From NCBI GenBank assembly GCA_022778545.1, contig JALFDW010000037.1, forward strand, positions 8,020 to 72,019: a stretch of DNA of 64,000 bases, read 5' to 3'. A program made the translations under genes and the position numbers. The notes beneath the pieces are model-generated. The model worked only from the letters and a program-made list of their open reading frames with translations. It searched no databases and was not told the DNA's origin. This document shows, one piece after another, positions 57,743 through 64,000 of the stretch. Source of the stretch: a bacterium. Lineage in GTDB: Bacteria > Bacillota > Clostridia > Christensenellales > CAG-138. Position 1 is the stretch's first letter. Each line of letters begins with the position of its first letter.

Positions 57743-57887
57743 CTTCCAGCTTCTCCCCCTGTATATGTTGAGTCAAACAATATCCTTCACTCAGTGAACC
57801 ACAAAAAGGCCCACAGCAATGGAACCTGCTGTGAGCCTTTACTGACTGTTTGCGGATGCCTGCGCATCCCTTTTTCTGCTGCCCGTT

Positions 57888-59126
57888 TTATGCCTGAATG
57901 TTCGCCTTCGCCTTTCTGCGGCGCTCCAGTTTGGAGATCCAGAGCGCGCAGGTCGCATCGCCCGTAATGTTGAGTGTCGTGCGCCCCATGTCAAAGATCT
58001 TGTCAACGCCCGCGATGATCGCGATGCCCTCCACAGGGACACCGATGGAAGTAAGCACCATGGCAAGCATGATCATGCCCGCGCCGGAAACGCCCGCCGT
58101 TCCGACAGAGGCAAGCGTCGCTGTAAGCACGATCGTCGCAAGCTGCGCGAATGTAAGGTCTATGCCATAGCAGCAGGCAATAAACACCGCCGCCACCGCC
58201 TGATAGATCGCCGTGCCGTCCATATTGATCGTTGCGCCGAGCGGCAGCACAAAAGAGCTGATTTCCGGCTCCGCGCCCAGCTTATTGCAGCATTCAATGT
58301 TCAGCGGCAGCGTTGCGTTGGAGGAGGTTGTCGTAAAGGCGCAGATCATGGCCGGCGCAAGCCCTTTGAAGAACTTGATTGGGCTCATGCCGCTCAGGAG
58401 CCGGACGCTGCTGCCATACACCAACACCACATGCAGGATATACCCCATATAGGCGATGCCGATCACGAGCGCAAGCGTGCCGATAATTTCCGGGCCGTTT
58501 ACGGCGACAACATTTGCCATCAGGCAGAATACGCCGACCGGCGTCAGCTTCACGATCATCATCAGCACCCGCATGATGACCTCGTTCATGCAGTTCACAA
58601 GCTCTGCGATCTTCTCCCCCTTTTCCCCGGCGGAAAGGATGCCTGCACCAAGCAGAATCGCGATCACAATCACAGGGAGCATATCCGCCTTGACCATCGG
58701 CGCAAACAGATTATCCGGGAATATGCCGACGATCACATCCATGATCTTCGGGGCCTCCTTCGCTTCATAGGTAAGCTCGGAAAGCTCCGCGCTCGGCAGC
58801 GCCGGGAACGCACCCTTAAAGCAGGAAACAAGGATGAGGCCGATGACGACGGCGACTGCCGTTGTGACCATATAATACACAAACGTTTTGATGCCAACGC
58901 TGCCCACGCGCCGAAGATCCTTCAACGAGATCACGCCATCCATGATCGAAAACAGAACGACGGGAACCACAAGGAACTTGAGCAGATTGATGTAGATCGT
59001 CCCGATCGGTTTCAGGTAATCGGTCGTGAAAGCAGGGTTCTTCAAAAAGCACAGGCCGACGAGTATGCCGGCGAACATGCCGATGAAGATCCATACGGGC
59101 AGGGAAAGTTTCTTTGCGAATTTCAT
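57888..59126 (-). CDS. Dicarboxylate/amino acid:cation symporter (DAACS/GltP family)
   Basis: FTTTSSNATLP, LPLGATINMDGT, SVGTAGVSG, DMGRT..N..GD. Confidence 0.95.
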   Translation of the reverse strand: MKFAKKLSLPVWIFIGMFAGILVGLCFLKNPAFTTDYLKPIGTIYINLLKFLVVPVVLFSIMDGVISLKDLRRVGSVGIKTFVYYMVTTAVAVVIGLILVSCFKGAFPALPSAELSELTYEAKEAPKIMDVIVGIFPDNLFAPMVKADMLPVIVIAILLGAGILSAGEKGEKIAELVNCMNEVIMRVLMMIVKLTPVGVFCLMANVVAVNGPEIIGTLALVIGIAYMGYILHVVLVYGSSVRLLSGMSPIKFFKGLAPAMICAFTTTSSNATLPLNIECCNKLGAEPEISSFVLPLGATINMDGTAIYQAVAAVFIACCYGIDLTFAQLATIVLTATLASVGTAGVSGAGMIMLAMVLTSIGVPVEGIAIIAGVDKIFDMGRTTLNITGDATCALWISKLERRRKAKANIQA

Positions 59127-59460
59127 AGCTTTACCTCCTTTATAAGAATAGATGTGCTGCCTTATTTTAGCATGGTGCATCCCGTCCTGTATATGCCGTT
59201 TTTTGTAAAATTAACGTATCATCCGTTAAGATTTGTTTATATATAATTCTTAATGATGGTTATTATCCATCAATAAATAGTATTATTTTTAATAATCGCA
59301 TGTATTGATTTTGAATCCGATCCCGTTTTTATATGATATATTCTAAGTTTTTCCAACAAAGATGCGTTTCTGTCTGTATGATCTGTTTTTCAATTTAAAA
59401 AGCATTATTTCAAAATCGTTTTAACAACATTTTAGCAAGATGCGCCGCACTTTTTTCTCT

Positions 59461-59490
59461 GCATAACCACACGTTCAGCTGCACAAGCTA
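59461..59490 (+). promoter_or_regulatory. Putative sigma-G promoter
   Basis: GCATAA-17 bp-CAAGCTA upstream of a YuzA-like gene. Confidence 0.45.
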
Positions 59491-59520
59491 CTTCCATCAC
59501 ACAAAAGGAGAGGAAACACC

Positions 59521-59733
59521 ATGGATACACTTGCGCTTATTCTCGTCATTATCGGCGCACTGAACTGGGGGATGATCGGCCTGTTTCAGTTTGACCTCAT
59601 CGCCAGCATTTTCGGCGGCATGAGCACCGTCGTATCCCGCATCATTTATACGATTGTGGGGCTCGCAGGCATTTGGGGAATCTCCATCCTGTTCCGCCGC
59701 GACGGCATCCGCCATTCCGACGAAAACGAATAA
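59521..59733 (+). CDS. DUF378 (YuzA-like) small membrane protein
   Basis: LVIIGALNWG.IGLF.FDL, SRIIY..VGLAG. Confidence 0.92.
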   Translation: MDTLALILVIIGALNWGMIGLFQFDLIASIFGGMSTVVSRIIYTIVGLAGIWGISILFRRDGIRHSDENE

Positions 59734-59743
59734 CAGCCGAAAC

Positions 59744-59784
59744 AAAAAGCGGAGCTTCCGACAATGTGGAAGCTCCGCTTTAAA
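59744..59784. terminator. Bidirectional terminator
   Basis: AAAGCGGAGCTTCC...GGAAGCTCCGCTTT. Confidence 0.8.
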
Positions 59785-59813
59785 TTATCGCTGAATATGC
59801 TCAGTGAATATGC

Positions 59814-61040
59814 TCAGTCCGCTTCGTCCGCCAGCGTACGCACATAGTCGAGCGCTGCCCAAAGCTGCGCGTCGTCATCCTGCGGGATCTGGTCGATCGC
59901 AAGCCCTTTGAGTTCCTCCGGGAGATCGATCTCAATGTCCGGCGTCACGCCTTTCCCATCGATGTTTTCTCCGTTCGGGGTGTAATATGCGTCAGTCGTC
60001 AGCTTGAGCCAGGCGCGGTTGCCTTCCACTTGCTTCGTGGTCTGCACAACGCCTTTTCCGTAAGTCTGCATGCCAACAATGGCGCCCGCTTCAAAATCCT
60101 GCACCGCTGCCGCAAGGATCTCGCTGGCAGAGGCGGAGTTTTCGTTCACGATGATCGCAAGCGGCACTTTGACGCCCTTTGCATTGGAGCGGTAGACATC
60201 ACCATCTGCTTCCAGCCGCCCGCGCACACTCACGATCGTCCCTTCGCCGAGCAGCGCATCCGCGATGCTCACAACATCCGAAAGCGAGCCGCCCGGGTTG
60301 TTGCGCAGGTCGATCACAAGCGAGCGCATACCGCGATCCGTCAGGTCTTTGATCGCTTCCTTGAATTCCGTAGCACAGTTGCCCGTGAACATGCTGATGC
60401 GGATATAGCCCGTATACTGGTTGAAAAGCGCGCTCGTTACGCGCGTCAGGTTGAGCGTCGCGCAGGTGACTTCAAGCTCCAACGTTTCTTCCGCCCGCTT
60501 GAGCGTAAGTGCCACGCTTTCCCCCACTTCCCTGTCGATTGCAGCAGCCACCTCATCAAGCAGCATGCCGCCGATGCTTTCACCATCCACAGCCACGATC
60601 ACATCCCCTGGCAAAACACCCGCTTCCGCAGCCGGTGTGTCATCGTAAACATCGAGCACCGGCGCGCCTTCCGCATCCGGCTGCCCCACGAGGATGCCGA
60701 TGCCGTTGTATTGCCCGTTGATGTTGGAGAGATAGTCCTCGTATTCTTCCGCTGTGTAATATGCCGCGTAGGGATCGTCCAGCGCTGCGACAATGCCTCT
60801 TGCAGCCGCATCCAGCAACGCTTCCCGCGCAGGCGGCTCCTGGAAGGAATCGTTTTGCAGGCGGTCCATCATTTCGTCGAGGAACAGCAGATCGCTGATC
60901 TCTGCGTACTCTTCCGCCGAAAGCACGACCACATCCTCCCGCTTTTGATTGAGCAGCGTCACCGTCACACCGGCTGTTACGCTTGCCGTTATGAGGATGA
61001 CCGCAAGGAAATATAGGATTGTCCTTACCCAGGACTTCAT
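59814..61040 (-). CDS. S41 C-terminal processing peptidase (CtpA/CtpB-like)
   Basis: N-terminal TM, DPY, PDZ, DLRNNPGG, SASASE, TYGKG.VQ, G.GVTPD. Confidence 0.93.
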   Translation of the reverse strand: MKSWVRTILYFLAVILITASVTAGVTVTLLNQKREDVVVLSAEEYAEISDLLFLDEMMDRLQNDSFQEPPAREALLDAAARGIVAALDDPYAAYYTAEEYEDYLSNINGQYNGIGILVGQPDAEGAPVLDVYDDTPAAEAGVLPGDVIVAVDGESIGGMLLDEVAAAIDREVGESVALTLKRAEETLELEVTCATLNLTRVTSALFNQYTGYIRISMFTGNCATEFKEAIKDLTDRGMRSLVIDLRNNPGGSLSDVVSIADALLGEGTIVSVRGRLEADGDVYRSNAKGVKVPLAIIVNENSASASEILAAAVQDFEAGAIVGMQTYGKGVVQTTKQVEGNRAWLKLTTDAYYTPNGENIDGKGVTPDIEIDLPEELKGLAIDQIPQDDDAQLWAALDYVRTLADEAD

Positions 61041-61239
61041 ATGGTTAAACCTCCATACAGCCCGGCAGAACCCGGCTGATTCTTGCGCCCATGCGCGCAT
61101 GGGACGGATTAATTAAGGTATATTCTACCAAATGAATGCCCATACGTCAAATAAACGAATTGTGTACACCACTTTTTGCCAATTTCTCCGAAAAAACGCC
61201 CCCGATCGCGCCACGTCAGCACCTGTTTGGGAAAATATT

Positions 61240-61899
61240 TTATCTGTTTTTTCCCCATATCCACAATGCGGCAACTGTCGCTGCGCCGGAAGAAATGATT
61301 CCATATTTCGGGTCATCAACAATACTGACCGTTGCCACAAAGCCGGACCTGTATGACGCGGCAAGATATGCAATGCCGAGCACGGCAGCATGTACGGAAA
61401 AAGCGACTGCGGCAACGGCCAGCCACTTCTGCACAGGCGGGCAGATAGTTTTTCCGTTTTCCCGACAGGACGCAAAGAAATGGAGCAGAAACGTTCCTGC
61501 AACAACACCCAAAAATATTGCGCAGCAGGAGCCATAAAGAAAATTATAGGTTGTGTAAGTCAAAAGGTTCAAAAGAAGAACGGAAAGAACGCTCACACCA
61601 AAGGCGATGGATGCAAGGTAATGCCTGGGCGTTTTTGGTGATGGTGAGTTTTCCAATGGCTCATGGTCTGCAAACGGTTGCTCCGGCTCTGCATCGGTTT
61701 CCGCAAAAAGAGCGTCCACCGTTACACCAAGCGCAGCCGCAAGCCGTGGAAGCAGCAAAATATCGGGGTAGCTGCGGCCTGTTTCCCACTTGCTGACCGT
61801 CTTTGCAGATACGCCGATCTGTGCACCCAATTCGGCCTGCGTCAGCCCTTTTGATTTGCGCAGCGCTGTGATTCGGTTTCGAATGATATCGTCCACCAT
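61240..61899 (-). CDS. XRE-family HTH protein with C-terminal TM segments
   Basis: GLTQAELGAQIGVSAKTVSKWETGRSYPD; about 4 hydrophobic segments. Confidence 0.85.
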   Translation of the reverse strand: MVDDIIRNRITALRKSKGLTQAELGAQIGVSAKTVSKWETGRSYPDILLLPRLAAALGVTVDALFAETDAEPEQPFADHEPLENSPSPKTPRHYLASIAFGVSVLSVLLLNLLTYTTYNFLYGSCCAIFLGVVAGTFLLHFFASCRENGKTICPPVQKWLAVAAVAFSVHAAVLGIAYLAASYRSGFVATVSIVDDPKYGIISSGAATVAALWIWGKNR

Positions 61900-62035
61900 A
61901 TATAAAATACCTTTCAGCATGAAATAAATCACATTTCGTATTGTTTCTGTTTTTAGTATATGTCATCAGTATATGTCATTTCAAGGCATCCCGCAAGAAA
62001 CAGTGCGGAGAATTCGGTATCCAAAGCGGAGAATA

Positions 62036-62063
62036 TAAAAAGCGGGCGCAAAGCGCCCGCTTG
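62036..62063 (-). terminator. Intrinsic terminator
   Basis: AAGCGGGCGC-AAA-GCGCCCGCTT with T tract on the minus strand. Confidence 0.75.
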
Positions 62064-62090
62064 ATTCTTTCTGTTATTCCGTCTGAGAGA

Positions 62091-62501
62091 TTATACCATG
62101 TAAGGCTTAATGAACTCCGGCGCGTCCGCCTCGTTCCCGCTGATGCTGATGATCAGTTTCACGTCGGTGCGGTCAGCAAACTTAGCCAGTTCGGCGAAAA
62201 GCCCTTCAAGCGTTTCAAGAGGATGGTGCACGATCTTCAGGAAGCCGTCAATAAAGAGATACTCAAGGTCAAAATCCTGCGCCGCAATGCCGGCAAGGAA
62301 GCCATAAAACATCTTGGGGCCATCGATATGGGACTCGGACGCATCCACAAAGCGGATGCTGTGCTTAAGTTCGAACATATACTGGTTGTCGTTGTCGATA
62401 AAAACGACGCTGCCTTTTGCGGTATTGATCGACTCATTGGCCATGTCGATGATCCGCTTCGTCTTGCCCGTGCCCTTTTCGCCGAAAATCACTCGTATCA
62501 A
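62091..62501 (-). CDS. Small P-loop NTPase-like conserved protein
   Basis: TTG start after AGGAGG; GEKGTGKT Walker A; LFIDG Walker B-like. Confidence 0.85.
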   Translation of the reverse strand: MIRVIFGEKGTGKTKRIIDMANESINTAKGSVVFIDNDNQYMFELKHSIRFVDASESHIDGPKMFYGFLAGIAAQDFDLEYLFIDGFLKIVHHPLETLEGLFAELAKFADRTDVKLIISISGNEADAPEFIKPYMV

Positions 62502-62679
62502 GGTAAAAGCCCTCCTTTGCGCGCCAAAGCGCTTCCCATAAATCTGATGCATTTATTATAACCTTTTTACGCGGCTGCGGGCAACCCCAATTTGCGGTAA
62601 AAACATAAAAGCTGTGATTGCGCATGCCGTGCACATCGCGTATAATAAAAAAATGACTTTACTTAAAGGGACAACCGAT

Positions 62680-63468
62680 ATGAAACGCGTTTTAGGGTGC
62701 ATCCGCCGTGCGGATGAACGCTACCACATGATCCGCCCCGGCGATAAGATCTGCGTCGGCGTCTCCGGCGGGAAGGACAGTCTGCTCCTGCTTTACGGCC
62801 TGAAGCTGTATCAGCGTTTCTGCCGCACGCCGTTTGACCTTTGTGGCGTAATGCTTGACCTCGGGATCAACAATGAAGATTTTTCTCCCGTTTCGGAATT
62901 TGCAGAAGCGATCGGCGTACCGTTTGACCTGGTAAAGACCGACATTGGCGACGTCGTGTTCAACATTCGGAAGGAATCGCACCCCTGCGCGCTCTGCTCG
63001 AAGCTCCGCCGCGGCGCGCTCAATGACGCAGCGCGTGCGCGCGGCTGCAACCTTGTCGCGCTCGGCCACAACCGGGACGACGTGATCGAAACATTCTTCC
63101 TGAGCCTGTTCTACGAAAGCCGCCTCAACACCTTCGGCCCTGTGACCTACCTTGGACGCAAGGATGTAACCGTGATCCGGCCGATGATTTTCCTGCCGGA
63201 AAAGCAGGCGCTTTCCATCGCAAAGCGGCTGGAACTCCCCATCCGCAAGCCGAACTGCCCCGTCGCCGGCAACACCAAGCGCGAGGAAATGAAGCAGCTC
63301 ATCCAGCATTTCACCACCATTGTGCCGAATCCGGAGGAGCGCATCATGAACGCCATCGCGGATACGCACAAGTACGGCATGTGGGACAGGCTGCGCCTGC
63401 CGCCGCGCGACCTTGCGGAGCTTACGCAGCAAAGCACATCCCTGCCGGAGGATGAGGACGATGCCTGA
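62680..63468 (+). CDS. ttcA: TtcA-family tRNA thiolation PP-loop protein
   Basis: SGGKDS, PCALCSKLRRG, LGHNRDD, IRPM. Confidence 0.88.
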   Translation: MKRVLGCIRRADERYHMIRPGDKICVGVSGGKDSLLLLYGLKLYQRFCRTPFDLCGVMLDLGINNEDFSPVSEFAEAIGVPFDLVKTDIGDVVFNIRKESHPCALCSKLRRGALNDAARARGCNLVALGHNRDDVIETFFLSLFYESRLNTFGPVTYLGRKDVTVIRPMIFLPEKQALSIAKRLELPIRKPNCPVAGNTKREEMKQLIQHFTTIVPNPEERIMNAIADTHKYGMWDRLRLPPRDLAELTQQSTSLPEDEDDA

Positions 63469-63742
63469 TCCCCGCCTCCTGCTCTTCAGTTATCTTCTGC
63501 TGATGAGCCTCATCCTTTTCGCCTTCATGGGGGCGGATAAGCGGCGCGCAAAGCGCCGTGCCTGGCGTGTGCCGGAGCGGACGCTCTTCTGGCTTGCCGC
63601 GCTTGGCGGCGGGCTGGGCGGCGTCCTCGGCATGCTCGCCTTCCGGCATAAAACAAAGCATGCCTCCTTCTGCATCGGCATGCCCTTTCTGATGCTTTTG
63701 AATTTTGCTGCAGCCTATCTTCTGCTGCGCTACGTCATTTGA
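63461..63742 (+). CDS. DUF1294 membrane protein
   Basis: DKRRAKRRAWRVPERTL, GG..G, FRHKTKH. Confidence 0.9.
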   Translation: MPDPRLLLFSYLLLMSLILFAFMGADKRRAKRRAWRVPERTLFWLAALGGGLGGVLGMLAFRHKTKHASFCIGMPFLMLLNFAAAYLLLRYVI

Positions 63743-64000
63743 AGGTGCGCCGCAGATACACCATATCCACGAGCTGAACGCCGCCTTCAAAAATGGGATG
63801 ATCGTAATTGTCAGGAAAGAAGTTCCTGATGACATGGGAGCGCGTAAATCCGCACGCCTCATAGAATGGGATTGTCAGTGGGCTGTCTCCCGTCCCTACC
63901 TGCAAAACAGCGTATCGTGCGCAGTATTCCTGCAAAAGAAACACGATGAGCGCTTTCCCGTAACCTTTACGCTGTTTTTCGGGCGCAACGGCGATGTTTT
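63735..64000 (-). CDS. GNAT N-acetyltransferase (5' end outside the window)
   Basis: NIAVAPEKQRKGYGKAL motif A, VGTGDS, FYEACGF. Confidence 0.88.
   Translation of the reverse strand, partial: NIAVAPEKQRKGYGKALIVFLLQEYCARYAVLQVGTGDSPLTIPFYEACGFTRSHVIRNFFPDNYDHPIFEGGVQLVDMVYLRRTFK

Overview
GC-rich segment of a spore-forming Clostridia-type (Bacillota) chromosome; the taxonomy is inferred from gene content such as bofA, yaaL, ylbJ, ylxM and CotF-like genes. Most of the window is housekeeping: yicC-like, ligA, pcrA, fhs, T-box-controlled pheST, the rnc-smc-ftsY-ylxM-ffh-rpsP-khpA-rimM-trmD-rplS cluster, plsX/acpP, rpmF, pta-ackA, tmcAL, coaD/rsmD, acpS, birA, recX, cysteine desulfurase-thiI, clpC and ttcA. 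Accessory pieces are an amino-sugar operon (ROK regulator, nagB, PIG-L deacetylase, divergent ROK kinase) whose Opp-type ABC transporter has collapsed to a fused oppF remnant, a frameshifted IS1182-family element, a two-gene insert between ftsY and ylxM (ADP-ribosyltransferase-like protein plus membrane protein), a cell-envelope cluster at 50-56.6 kb and small XRE modules. The best novelty candidate is a ~135-nt structured, probably stand-alone non-coding RNA (7885-8020, minus strand) between pheT and fhs. It has a consensus sigma-A promoter and two alternative folds, and I cannot assign it to a known family. No CRISPR array, rRNA or tRNA was seen. All family assignments come from motif recognition by eye, not database searches.
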